A stretch of DNA of 64,000 nucleotides from an uncultured Bacillota bacterium. Its GTDB lineage: Bacteria; Bacillota_I; Bacilli_A; RFN20; CAG-826. The position numbers and the translations under genes were made by a program. Below are positions 28,670 through 39,440 of the stretch, in pieces (the first letter of the stretch is position 1; each line of letters starts with the position of its first letter). The notes beneath the pieces were generated by a model. That model did no database searches, was not told where the DNA came from, and worked only from the letters and a program-made list of their open reading frames with translations. Location of the stretch: contig CASEPN010000001.1 of assembly GCA_949289845.1 (NCBI GenBank), positions 528,316 through 592,315 on the forward strand. Direction: 5' to 3'.

Positions 28670-29614
28670 CTAGTCGAGAAGCGCGGCCACGGGCTTCACC
28701 TTGAGGCGGACGTAGGAGCGCTCCCCGATTCCTTCCTGGAGGCACTCCATGAGCCTTTCCCCCTGCCTCGCCCCGTACTGGATGCGGCCGTATTCCTGGG
28801 CGATCGGGCGGTAGTCGTCCCTCGAGGTCAGGACGGTCGCCTTGTGCGCGCGGAGCCTTCCCTCCAATAAGGGAAGGAGAACCTGGTCGCGGATCCTCGC
28901 GGTCATGTAGCCGGAGCCGAAGTCGTCGAGGACGAGGAGGTCGACGTCCTGGAGCTCCCCCATCCTTTCCTGGAAGGCGAGGGGGTTCTTGTAGTCGCTG
29001 GAGAGCTTGGCGATCTCCTCGAGCCTTCTTCCGCAGTCGAGGAAGGCGATGCCGCTGAAGGACTTCGCCTGGGACATCGCAAGGGAGGCGGCAAGGAAGC
29101 TCTTGCCCACCCCTTGGGGACCCTGGATATAGAAGATCGGCTTCTCCCCCTTCCCCTTCTTCATCTCCTGGACATATACCGCGCCGAGATTCCCGGCCCT
29201 GGGAAGGCGCCTTTCGGGAGGGATTTCCAGCCATTCCTGCGGGAAATCGCGGAAAAGGAAGGCGTTCTGCATGATTTCCCGGCTTCTTCGAAGGTCACAA
29301 AGCCCAAGGGCGACTCCGAGGGCGCCGTCCTCCTCGACCCGGAGGGAGTAGCGGCAGTGCCTCACCGAGGCGGGGCATTCCTTCAGCCCGGGACACCCCG
29401 CGCATATCTCGAGCGACTCCTGGTAGGCGGAAAGGGCGACGAGCCAGTCCCCCGCATCCTCGTCCTTGAAGCCAAGGCGGCGGTACTCCTCCATGACCTT
29501 TTGGTCCCCTAGGATCGAGGAAAGGAGGGCATTCTTCTCCCCGCCTCTCCCCTTGAGGGATCCGGACACCTCCTCAAGGAGCTCCTTCAGGTCCTTCTGC
29601 TGTCCTTCTCTCAT
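28670..29614 (-). CDS. dnaI: Primosomal helicase loader DnaI
   Basis: Zn-binding CxxC N-terminus, Walker A GPQGVGKS and Walker B LLVLDDFG. It lies downstream of dnaB. Confidence 0.85.
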   Translation of the reverse strand: MREGQQKDLKELLEEVSGSLKGRGGEKNALLSSILGDQKVMEEYRRLGFKDEDAGDWLVALSAYQESLEICAGCPGLKECPASVRHCRYSLRVEEDGALGVALGLCDLRRSREIMQNAFLFRDFPQEWLEIPPERRLPRAGNLGAVYVQEMKKGKGEKPIFYIQGPQGVGKSFLAASLAMSQAKSFSGIAFLDCGRRLEEIAKLSSDYKNPLAFQERMGELQDVDLLVLDDFGSGYMTARIRDQVLLPLLEGRLRAHKATVLTSRDDYRPIAQEYGRIQYGARQGERLMECLQEGIGERSYVRLKVKPVAALLD

Positions 29615-30849
29615 TCTTTCATCCCCAGGAGGTGCATCAGCTCCTCGTCGGACATCTCCGCCTCTTCTTCGCGAGGAGCTTCTTCCTTGGAGGGCGCCTC
29701 CTCCTTCGATTCTTCCTGCCCTCTTGCGGGCCTGGCCTTCCTCCCGCTTCCCTTGGAGGCGTTCAAGAAGTCGATCGCGTCCATCGCGGTCTCGATATGG
29801 TTCCGGAGGAGAGTGCCGGCGATCTTTTCCGCGAGGGGAGCGGATATCTTCCCCTCGTAATGGAGGACGAGGTAGTTCACGAGGGCGTTTATCACGGGGA
29901 AGGGCAGCCCCATCTCCCGCGAGATCCTGTCGACGAGGCGGACGTCCGCGGAGGCGGGCCTCGTCCCGCCCTGGAGGCGGGAGAGGTAGTCCACGGGCGA
30001 GAGGGACTCCATCGCCCGGAGCTCCTCGGCGACGTCCCCCTTCCCGGGGATGGCGCGCCTCTCGCGCCTCCTTCTCCCCTCGGCGAGGAAGGAACGTTCC
30101 TCGAGGGCGAGGTCCCCGAGCCTCTTGAAGTCGATCTTCCTCCCCTTGGGATTCCGAAGAATCGTCGCGGAAGGAAGGAGGCGTGCGAGCGTCTCCTCGT
30201 CGAGGGCGTAGAGCGCCATCGTGCGGCCGAGGTTCTTCCTCTCCTCCTCGGAGAAAAGGGAGGGGTCGCTCTCGGGAAGGCTTTCCTTGAGGGCGGAGAA
30301 GAAGCGGGGCTCGTCGAAGGGAGCCCTCACGTGAGGGCGGTCGCTCGGGATGTCTCCGAGCGAGGGGTCGTAGGAAAGGGGCGCGTCCTTGAGGAAGGCG
30401 GCCCTGTAGTCCTCGCTAATCTCCCTCATCCCTTCCTCGAGGGAAGGCGGGAGGAAGTGGTCGCGGGCCTTCCTCGCCCTCTCCTTCCCTCCGGAAAGGA
30501 CGAGGTTCCCTCCGAGTATCGGGTTCTTCAGGAAGTCCCTCGGGGAGGAGGGAGGGAAAAGACGGATCTCAAATAACGAGCCCTTCTGGTAGGTCCTGAC
30601 GAGGCTCAGCCCCTCCAGGGGCGAGAGGAGGGAGAGGAACTCCCCCCGGGAGGCGCCTAGCTCCTTGAGAAGAGAGGAAAGGGGCATCTCCTCCTCGAGG
30701 GAGGAAAGCCCGTTCAGGGAAAGGTAGAGCCCCAGCCCCTTGTAGCCGAGGATCGGAAGGTAGAGGAGGGAAAGGCTCTCCACGTCCAGGGCGTGGAGGG
30801 GGCGGGCCCTCTTGATCCGGAAGGAAGCGTCAGGCGGGAGCTCGTGCAT
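29611..30849 (-). CDS. dnaB: Replication initiation / membrane attachment protein DnaB (Bacilli type)
   Basis: LLYLPILG N-terminal motif and a C-terminal DnaB_2-like region (SPVDYL, VINALVNY). It is coupled to dnaI. Confidence 0.82.
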   Translation of the reverse strand: MHELPPDASFRIKRARPLHALDVESLSLLYLPILGYKGLGLYLSLNGLSSLEEEMPLSSLLKELGASRGEFLSLLSPLEGLSLVRTYQKGSLFEIRLFPPSSPRDFLKNPILGGNLVLSGGKERARKARDHFLPPSLEEGMREISEDYRAAFLKDAPLSYDPSLGDIPSDRPHVRAPFDEPRFFSALKESLPESDPSLFSEEERKNLGRTMALYALDEETLARLLPSATILRNPKGRKIDFKRLGDLALEERSFLAEGRRRRERRAIPGKGDVAEELRAMESLSPVDYLSRLQGGTRPASADVRLVDRISREMGLPFPVINALVNYLVLHYEGKISAPLAEKIAGTLLRNHIETAMDAIDFLNASKGSGRKARPARGQEESKEEAPSKEEAPREEEAEMSDEELMHLLGMKE

Positions 30850-30912
30850 GGCCTAATGATACTCCCTAAGGGCGAGGTCTCCCTCCCCATTCTTCCCCCG
30901 CGCGCCTTATAA

Positions 30913-31908
<996 letters not shown>

Positions 31909-31923
31909 CAAGGAGGTAACTGG

Positions 31924-33381
31924 ATGCGCCTGGACATCAGCAAGAAGACGAAGGTCATCTGCACCATCGGCCCCGCCAGCGAGACCCCGGAGATGGTCCT
32001 CAAGCTCTACGAGGAGGGCATGAACGTCATGCGGCTGAACTTCAGCCACGGGACGCACGAGCAGCAGAGGAAGAAGCTCCTCATCGCCCGCTCCTTCGAG
32101 GAGAAGTACGGGATCCTCCTCCCCGTCGCCCTCGACACCAAGGGCCCGGAAATCCGGACCGGGATGATGGAGGGGGGCAAGGTCGACGTCCCCGAGGGCC
32201 ACGAGATGCGGATCTCGATGGAGCCCTGCCTTGGGAACTCCGAGCGCTTCTCCTGCAGCTACAAGGGCCTTTACGACGACGTCAAGGTCGGGGACTACGT
32301 CCTTGTGGACGATGGGAACCTCCAGCTCGACATCATCGGGAAGGACGAGGCGAGGAGGGAGCTCCTCGTGAAGGCGCATAACGCCCACTACCTGAAGGAC
32401 CAGAAGGGGATGAACGCCCCCTGCTCGCGCCTCTCGATGCCCTTCATCTCCGAGCAGGACGAGAAGGATCTGAGGTTCGCCTGCGAGGAGGACTTCGACT
32501 GCGTCTTCGCCTCCTTCGTGAGAAGGCCCGAGGACATCCAGGAGATGCGGGCGATCCTTGCAAAATACGGCCGTCCCGACATGCCCATCTTCGCCAAGAT
32601 TGAGAACCCCGAGGGGGTCGAGAAGATCGAGAGGATCTGCGAGGTCGCCGACGGCATCATGGTGGCCAGGGGCGACCTCGGGGACGAGATCCCGCCGGAA
32701 GAGGTCCCACTCGTCCAGCGCCGGATCATCGCCCTTTGCCGGAAGCTCGGGAAGCCCGTCATCACGGCGACCCAGATGCTGGACTCGATGACCACGCACC
32801 CCCGTCCCACGAGGGCGGAGGTCTCCGACGTCGCCACCGCGATCGACGAGAGCAGCGACTGCGTGATGCTCTCGGGCGAGAGCGCCTCCGGGAAGTACCC
32901 GGTGGAGTCGGTGCGGATGCAAGCCTCGATCGCGAGGGCCATGGAGCGGGAGCTCCCCTACGCGGAGCTCGCGCGGGAGGCCTTCGAGACCTCCGAGCAC
33001 ACGGTGAACGACGCGATCGCCAACTCGATCGCGACGACCGCCCTCCTCATCGGGGCCAAGCTCATCGTCAACTTCACGATCCGCGGGAACAGCACGAGGA
33101 GGATCAGCAAGGCCAGGCCCTGCTGCCCTGTCATCTCGGTCACCAACAACCGGAGGACCGCCCTCCAGACAGGCTGGGCGTGGGGCGCCTACTCGGTGCT
33201 CCTCAAGACCCCGATGCCGGACTTCATCGAGGAGATGGAGGTGCTCGCGCTCAAGATCGCGCGGGACCTCGGGATCAAGGACAACTCCCCCATCATCATC
33301 GCCGGGGGCACGCCGGTGGGGGTCGGGCGCACGAACTTCATGCGCATCCTGAACGTGAGCCCCCTGAAGGAGCTGGACTAA
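31924..33381 (+). CDS. pyk: Pyruvate kinase
   Basis: KTKVICTIGP, RLNFSHG, DTKGPEIRTG, MVARGDLG, ATQMLDSM and MLSGES. Confidence 0.97.
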   Translation: MRLDISKKTKVICTIGPASETPEMVLKLYEEGMNVMRLNFSHGTHEQQRKKLLIARSFEEKYGILLPVALDTKGPEIRTGMMEGGKVDVPEGHEMRISMEPCLGNSERFSCSYKGLYDDVKVGDYVLVDDGNLQLDIIGKDEARRELLVKAHNAHYLKDQKGMNAPCSRLSMPFISEQDEKDLRFACEEDFDCVFASFVRRPEDIQEMRAILAKYGRPDMPIFAKIENPEGVEKIERICEVADGIMVARGDLGDEIPPEEVPLVQRRIIALCRKLGKPVITATQMLDSMTTHPRPTRAEVSDVATAIDESSDCVMLSGESASGKYPVESVRMQASIARAMERELPYAELAREAFETSEHTVNDAIANSIATTALLIGAKLIVNFTIRGNSTRRISKARPCCPVISVTNNRRTALQTGWAWGAYSVLLKTPMPDFIEEMEVLALKIARDLGIKDNSPIIIAGGTPVGVGRTNFMRILNVSPLKELD

Positions 33382-34220
33382 TGGGAAGGAAGGTAGCCGC
33401 CCTCGACATCGGGGGCACGAACACGAGGGTCGCCCTCGTGAACGATAAGTTCGAGATCGAGAAGGTGCTCATCCGCCCAACCGTCGTCGGGAACACCGAG
33501 CTCTTCCTCAAGAACGTCGGGGACACGATCGAGGAAGCGCTCCCTTCCCTGGAGGAGGTGGGCTGCTTCGCGATGGGGGTCCCGGGAAGGGTGCGCTACG
33601 ACGGCTACATCTACGCCCTCCCCAACGTCCACATCGAGAACGTCCCCCTCGCCGAGTACCTCCAGGAACGGTTCGGGAGGCCCGCCTACGTCATCAACGA
33701 CGCCGAGGCGGCGGCCCTCGCCGAGGCGAACATCGGGGCGCATAAGGACGAGCCCTCCCTCTATTTCGTCACCATCTCCACCGGGGTCGGGGGCGCCTTG
33801 ACCGTCGGAGGAAAGCTCAAGAGCACCTCCTACGAGGTCGGGCACACGATGATGAGCTACCGCGGGGAATGCCACGAGTTCGAGCACATGTGCTCGGGGA
33901 CGGGGATCGTGCGCCTGGCGGCGATGAACGGGCTCAACGTCCAGAGCTCCCGCGAGTTCTTCGAGCTCAAGAAGAACGGCCACGAGCTCGCCGAGCGGGT
34001 GTACCGGGACTGGCTCCGCCTCTTCGCCGACTGGTTCCGGATGCTCGAGGAAACCTTCTCCCCCGGGCTCTTCGCCCTCACCGGAGGGGTGATGAAGTCC
34101 CAGGACCTCTTCCTCGAGGACATGAAGGCCGCCGTCCCGGGGATAAGGATCGAGCCTTGCGCGCTCGGGCAGGAAGCGGGGCTATTGGGCGCCGCCGTCT
34201 ACGGGTTCCAGAACATCTAG
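33381..34220 (+). CDS. ROK-family sugar kinase (glucokinase-like)
   Basis: ALDIGGTN, GVPG, INDAEAAALAE, TISTGVGG and EVGH. The start overlaps the pyk stop (TAATG). Confidence 0.88.
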   Translation: MGRKVAALDIGGTNTRVALVNDKFEIEKVLIRPTVVGNTELFLKNVGDTIEEALPSLEEVGCFAMGVPGRVRYDGYIYALPNVHIENVPLAEYLQERFGRPAYVINDAEAAALAEANIGAHKDEPSLYFVTISTGVGGALTVGGKLKSTSYEVGHTMMSYRGECHEFEHMCSGTGIVRLAAMNGLNVQSSREFFELKKNGHELAERVYRDWLRLFADWFRMLEETFSPGLFALTGGVMKSQDLFLEDMKAAVPGIRIEPCALGQEAGLLGAAVYGFQNI

Positions 34221-34235
34221 AAGACAATTCCGATA

Positions 34236-34263
34236 GGAAGGCCGTCCTGCTGGGCGGCCTTCC
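34236..34263 (+). terminator. Hairpin downstream of pfkA-pyk-ROK
   Basis: GGAAGGCCGTCC-TGCT-GGGCGGCCTTCC; the U-tract is weak. Confidence 0.55.
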
Positions 34264-34472
34264 GCATCGCCTCCTCGACCCTCTATCGCTTCCTTGAGCA
34301 GTTCGCTAAATCCTCCATGTAGGGCTCCTTTCAGATTTGCTAGCAGACAAATCCTACTAGGGCCCTGCTTTTTCATGCAGTCCTTGGAGGGCGGAGACCG
34401 CTACGGCGTCTGCGCAAGATTCTGGTTTCTCCTATGTGTTGCGCTTAGGTCATACTCTTGCGATTATTAATT

Positions 34473-36223
34473 ATGGAAAACCTATTCGCTATCTTGGCAA
34501 TCTGCCTTACGCCGCAGGCGGGTCACCCGCGTTCTCTTCTCGCGTAGTTCTCCTCCCTGAGGCTTCTTCCGCTCCAACCGAAAACTTAGAAACAATGCTG
34601 CCCGCGGACACGGATGATCTTGAATCCAGCGGACTCACGGCATCCGTCGATGTTGAAAGCATACCTTCAGATGCCGCGCAATATGCACTCACGCATAAAA
34701 ATGACACTTATATCTATTTCTCGAACCTCTCTGAAAATATGCCGACGAACCGGGCAGGAACTTGCGGCCATGTCGCTCTGGCGATGATGCTCACATACCT
34801 AGACACCTTTTGGAACGACTTCTTCGTCGAAGAGCGGTTCGAAGCGCATTCCTCCCTGGAGATACCCGACATCCTCTGGACAATTACACCTCAGATGGAA
34901 TTCCGGTCTGGCGGCACCCCGTCTCCCGGATGCTTCGACGACATCGACAATACTTATCTCACGCAGGGGGAAATCGAGGAAGAAGCCGCGGCCCTTGCGC
35001 AATCCTCAGGTATGTCAGTGTCCTATCATATCGATGAAATCTGTCTAGAGGAGGCGAAGAGAAGCGCCCAGGAGGGAAGCCTCCAAGGATATCTGTTCCA
35101 AACCGCCATTGAGAACGGAGTGGTGAGCTCCTCCTACCGGGATGGCTATATGCCTTGGCTTTCCATTGGCGCGGGAGAACAGGCGGCGCTTCTCAACTTG
35201 ATACTGGAACGAAACGGGCTTTCTGAGCAATGGACCGTAATACATCCTGGCAGGCCTACGATGGCTGTAGAGGTGGAAGGTCGACTGGAAAATCGCTTGG
35301 TTGTAGAATCAATGCAAGAGTACAGGGAAGAAGTTGCGTCCCTCCTTTCTGCCGGTTTCCCCGTAATTGTTCAGGGATACAACTGGTCTCAGACGGATAT
35401 TTCCAATATTCATCAGGGCACAATCAATCCCTCAAGTTTCACCCCGTACCATTCTGCTGTTGCCTATGGTTTCGATTCCGAGGAAAGCATGATTGGGAAC
35501 ATGGGATGGAAAGGATCCCAAAGGGAAAGTAATTTTGACGAATGGTTCAACCTAGGCTTCGACGACTACGTTGCCATCATGCCGAAGGAAGGATGGGAAC
35601 ACATCCATAGCGATAACTACAGAGTGGATGACGACGATTTGGACCAAGTAGTGTCGTGGTGCCCCTGCGACACCGAGATGATAGTCCGCGAGGAAAGTGT
35701 TCCTGATCTCGAATTGATTGACCTCGAGGTAGGAGACAATTGGTACGGATTTGACATAGACGGGAACTTTACCTGCAAATTCGATGGAACAGGCTGGGGC
35801 ATCAAAGACGGGGGAGTTATTGTCTCGCCTGTGAAAACAAGCGAGTCCTCTATGACAAGAGTATCCGATTTTATGTTCTGCGTTGAAGAAAATGCTTATC
35901 GCATTGACTTGCTTGGGCAGATAGATTTCTTCTTGTATGACGACGTTGTGATCACTGGCATATTCGGCGCAGCCCCAGTTAACTCTGATGACGAAATTCA
36001 AGGTTTCCCATATTCAATAAGTTCCTCCAGCATCTTGACCGATCGATGGGGCGATGTAGCAAGGGATGGCTGGGATACAGGACTCTCACTCACCGCGACC
36101 AACGAAAGCCAAGGCCCTTTCGGAATCATGCTGGAAGCGGCACTTATCATGTTTCCAGCCATCCCTGTAGAACCCGTTCAAATTGCCATTGACTCCTTCA
36201 AGGTTATGGAGATCGCTCCATGA
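34473..36223 (+). CDS. Secreted papain-like cysteine peptidase (C39/C10-like); frameshift just after the signal peptide
   Basis: GTCGHVALAMML (Cys), YHSAVAYG (His) and IGNMGW. The signal peptide MENLFAILAICLTPQAG starts at ATG 34473, one frame off the long ORF, with the shift at about 34510-34545. Confidence 0.7.
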
Positions 36224-36678
36224 AATGGCTTGCGCTCGCTTGCGCGCTTCTCCCCCTTGCGGGAGGATCGCTTGCCTCCTGCGCCTCCGAGGAGGTCAAA
36301 ATCACCTTTGTGCTGACCACGCTTATCAACCTGGGCGGCGCGAATCCATACCCGTATCTTGCCGGCGATCTCCATCGCGTGGATATGACCTTCCCTAAGG
36401 GATTCGTCCCCTCTGCGGAAGATAGCTACAACATAGGAAGGGAACTAACCGACGGCACGCCCCTTGACCTCTACCCCGAGGATCTCTGCCCCTGGTACAC
36501 GGCAGGGGCAGGCACAGTTGACCAAATCAACTACTCCCGTTACCTTACGGAATCCTTTTTCGGAACCCCCATCGAGGAAGAAAGGGAGTGCTACTACACA
36601 TTGACTTGGAACTGCTGGATGGTCGGTCCTCCCGATGGCTGGGAGGGAGATTGGCCTCCCCCCAGCTCTTCTTCCTAG
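36220..36678 (+). CDS. Lipoprotein partner B
   Basis: Lipobox LASC and an ATGA overlap with the peptidase stop. It is a paralog of 37111-37587. Confidence 0.85.
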   Translation: MKWLALACALLPLAGGSLASCASEEVKITFVLTTLINLGGANPYPYLAGDLHRVDMTFPKGFVPSAEDSYNIGRELTDGTPLDLYPEDLCPWYTAGAGTVDQINYSRYLTESFFGTPIEEERECYYTLTWNCWMVGPPDGWEGDWPPPSSSS

Positions 36679-36847
36679 GCTGCCGTCTGAGCGGTAACGG
36701 AAATCGCATGGGAACAAGCCATCTTTGGCTATCAGCGGCATGACGGATATGCATCCTAAGCGTTTTTGGACCTCCATAAGGCGCATCTCAAGCTCTCAGA
36801 ATCCGCTGTTTGATTGCGGGAAAAGCGAACATTTGAAATCATTAGGC

Positions 36848-37114
36848 ATGGAGACGCCGCTTAGTGTCTTAGCGATCTGCCTTTCCGCCCAGGGCAAGCC
36901 GGACCTCAAATTGCCATGGCAAACCCTTGCCAATGGGTTGGGAGAGATTGCTGAGGATGGCTTGGAAGCCAGGTACTCAGACGGTTCGGGCAATAGGGAA
37001 GGCGATCCATTTGGGGTCCGCCCTTTCCTAGGTTCGCCCATGTCCACTGCCATGACGTCCAGTCCAATCGTAATCGCAGTGGATTCATCCAGAATGACGG
37101 AGGTTCCGTTATGA
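36848..37114 (+). pseudogene. Internally deleted paralog of the cysteine peptidase (signal peptide joined to the last ~60 aa)
   Basis: METPLSVLAICLSAQG resembles MENLFAILAICLTPQAG. GEIAEDG...DPFGV...PIVIAVDSSRMTEVPL* resembles GDVARDG...GPFGI...PVQIAIDSFKVMEIAP*. Confidence 0.75.
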
Positions 37115-37587
37115 AAGCCAAGCGCCTTCCCCTCGCCTGCCTTCCCCTCCTTTGCTGTCCCTTGGCCGGATGCGCCCCGGAAGAGGCGGACGACGGGATG
37201 GCGACGATCACCTTCGTCCTAACAGTACATGCGACTTTGGAAGGCGAGTTCCAACCCTACGACTACCTGGCGGGCGACCTCTTCCGCACGGAAACGGATT
37301 TCCAAAAGGGGTACGTCCCGAGCAAGGACGATGAAAAGGCCATCGGCGAGACGCTTGCCTCCCGGACACCTTATGGGCTCTACCCGGAGAACGTCTGCCC
37401 TTGGTATACCGCCGGAGACCCCTCCTTCGGCGCGATGAGCTACTCCCGGTACCTCGATGAACCCTTTGTAGGAACACCGATTGAGGAAGACAGGGAGTGC
37501 TATTACTTGGTGCTCTGGTACTGTTGGCTGGCGGGGCCGCCAGAGGGCTGGGAAGGCGACTGGCCTCCGACGAGCTCCTATTCCTAA
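37111..37587 (+). CDS. Lipoprotein partner B' (orphan paralog)
   Basis: Lipobox LAGC and an ATGA overlap with the remnant. It shares ITFVLT, YLAGDL, LYPExxCPWYTAG, YSRYL, GTPIEExRECYY and GPPxGWEGDWPP with B. Confidence 0.85.
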   Translation: MKAKRLPLACLPLLCCPLAGCAPEEADDGMATITFVLTVHATLEGEFQPYDYLAGDLFRTETDFQKGYVPSKDDEKAIGETLASRTPYGLYPENVCPWYTAGDPSFGAMSYSRYLDEPFVGTPIEEDRECYYLVLWYCWLAGPPEGWEGDWPPTSSYS

Positions 37588-37613
37588 GGGGCCTTTCGAA
37601 CCATCAGCAAGAA

Positions 37614-39020
37614 TCAATCAAGGGCGAACATCGTCTCCAAGTCGACGAGGCGGAGGCGCTCGTCTTTGATTTGCCGTAAACCGTCCGTGAACCCGTTCGC
37701 CCCGAAAAGGAAGACCTCCACGTTCGGGTAATTGGAAAGAGGAGGCACGGAAATGTCCTCGAGAATAGCCTTGTAGTCGCCGATCCCGCGCGGCTGATTC
37801 GAGAACTTGCATTCGGCGACGAGGAGGTTTTCCTGGTCGGAGGCCACCACGTCGAGCTCGATACTTCTTCCCAAGCGGCTCTTATCGATGCGCATGTTCT
37901 CGAAGACGGAGTAGAGGCCCTTCAGCCGGCCTTTCCGCCCGAGATCCTGCAGATAGGTCAGGCACTCCTTCTCGAACAGGCGCTCGAGGAACCCTTTGAC
38001 GGCATCCCTCTGGCGCTTCTCCAGCTCATGGCCGAGCCCGCCTCTGACCAGCTCCACGTTGTTGCGGATGAAGCGATAGAAGAAGGCGAGCATCGGGTCG
38101 AAGATCTCATAGGTCACGTTGCGCCGGGACTGGAACGTGCTCCGGCGTATGAGGACGTTGTCCTCGACCAGCTGGAGGAGGTACTTCGCGACCTTGCTCG
38201 TGCTTTCCTGATAGAAATCGCTGATGGCGGCGACGCTGTCGCGGCCCATGGAAATCGCTTGGACCAAGGAGGCGTAGAACCCGCTCGCGGCAACGTCGCT
38301 CGTGATGACCTTGCCGGGGTCGTCGATGAAAGTGGCCGCGCGGTCGTAGAAAAGCCTCCGGAGGTTCTCCTCGAAGCTTCGTCCCGTGTCCACGAGGGAA
38401 AGGTAGTAGGGAAACGTGTTGGTCAGCGCCAGGAACTTCGCCTTCTCCCAATCGTCCCGCACATCCTTCAAGGCAAGGACGGCGTCTTCGAAATTCAGCT
38501 TCTTGACCTGCATGGAGAAGGTGTTCCGCTGGTAAAGGGGGCCATGGCTGTCCTTGATTTCCCTTTCGATGAAGGAGACGTTGCTCCCCGTCAGGACCAA
38601 GGTGAACCTCTGGTGGCGGAAAGTCCCGTCGATGGCCTTTTGGAGAAAGGAAGGGAAGCTTGTCTTCTTCCTCTTGCCGTCCCGGGATAGGACGATGTTG
38701 GGATATTCGTCGATGATGAGAAGGCCTTTCTCATCGCCGAAGAACTCGCCTGTCGCCTGGAAGAAGCTGTCCCAGCCGGGATAAAGGCCCCCGGGCCTGC
38801 CCATGGCGCGGTTGAGCTCTTCCGAAAAGTAGATGCGGATATCCAGGTCATCGCTATCCGGCGCGAAGAGAAAGAGCGTCTTTTTCCCGTGGGAGAGCAT
38901 CTCCATCAGGGTGGTCTTCCCGATTCTCCTCTGGCCGTAGACGTAGCCGAACTCAAAGCGCGGGCTCTCGTAGATCCTGTTCAGCTCCTCCAGCTCATCT
39001 TTTCTTCCGATCGGCTCCAT
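37614..39020 (-). CDS. Archaeal-type ATPase (ATPase_2/AAA) with wHTH and C-terminal DUF234 / PD-(D/E)XK domain
   Basis: IGRKDEL, YGQRRIGKT, IIDEYP, LTGS, YEIFDPMLAFFYRF and ELDVVA...AECKF. SD AAAGGAGG is present. Confidence 0.88.
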   Translation of the reverse strand: MEPIGRKDELEELNRIYESPRFEFGYVYGQRRIGKTTLMEMLSHGKKTLFLFAPDSDDLDIRIYFSEELNRAMGRPGGLYPGWDSFFQATGEFFGDEKGLLIIDEYPNIVLSRDGKRKKTSFPSFLQKAIDGTFRHQRFTLVLTGSNVSFIEREIKDSHGPLYQRNTFSMQVKKLNFEDAVLALKDVRDDWEKAKFLALTNTFPYYLSLVDTGRSFEENLRRLFYDRAATFIDDPGKVITSDVAASGFYASLVQAISMGRDSVAAISDFYQESTSKVAKYLLQLVEDNVLIRRSTFQSRRNVTYEIFDPMLAFFYRFIRNNVELVRGGLGHELEKRQRDAVKGFLERLFEKECLTYLQDLGRKGRLKGLYSVFENMRIDKSRLGRSIELDVVASDQENLLVAECKFSNQPRGIGDYKAILEDISVPPLSNYPNVEVFLFGANGFTDGLRQIKDERLRLVDLETMFALD

Positions 39021-39049
39021 GGCGGACCTCCTTTCCCTACTGTCCGAGT

Positions 39050-39167
39050 TTAGGCACTACGTCTTCAGGCACTACGTTTTCCCTAAGCATTATACCCAAA
39101 CCGCAGGTGCGAAAAAGAACTACTGCAAAGTTAGGCACTACGTCTTCAGGCACTACGTTTTCCCTAA
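39050..39167. repeat. Two identical 37-bp direct repeats separated by 44 bp
   Basis: TTAGGCACTACGTCTTCAGGCACTACGTTTTCCCTAA occurs at 39050-39086 and 39131-39167. Each copy contains two 15-bp units AGGCACTACGT(C/T)TTC. A minus-strand TATAAT lies in the spacer (39089-39094). Confidence 0.95.
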
Positions 39168-39406
39168 ACTCAATGGAAGCGCAAAATACAGATGGCAACA
39201 AAGGAAATCACGCTTCCTCTTGCTTCTCGAGAGGTCATATCGAGAAGGAATTTCTAGTCGCTTAGCAGTAAATCGGAATGGCGTTCCCGACCGATATGAC
39301 GGAAGGCAACCCCAAAGGGATCTGTGAAGACGAGGGCGAGAGCCATTTCGTTAACGCCCTTAAACGCTTTCTATTACCAGGGAGAAAAAGACCCACAAGA
39401 TGCCTC

Positions 39407-39434
39407 TTGAAGTCCCCGTCCTCCGGGCTATAGT
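39407..39434 (+). promoter_or_regulatory. Sigma-A-like promoter of thrS
   Basis: TTGAAG-16 nt-TATAGT immediately before the T-box leader. Confidence 0.6.
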
Positions 39435-39440
39435 CTCCTT

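Noticed and set aside
39050..39167. CRISPR array interpretation of the 37-bp repeat / 44-bp spacer
   Set aside because: There are only two repeats and no cas genes in the window. The repeat is internally tandem, and the spacer contains the promoter -10 of the adjacent gene.
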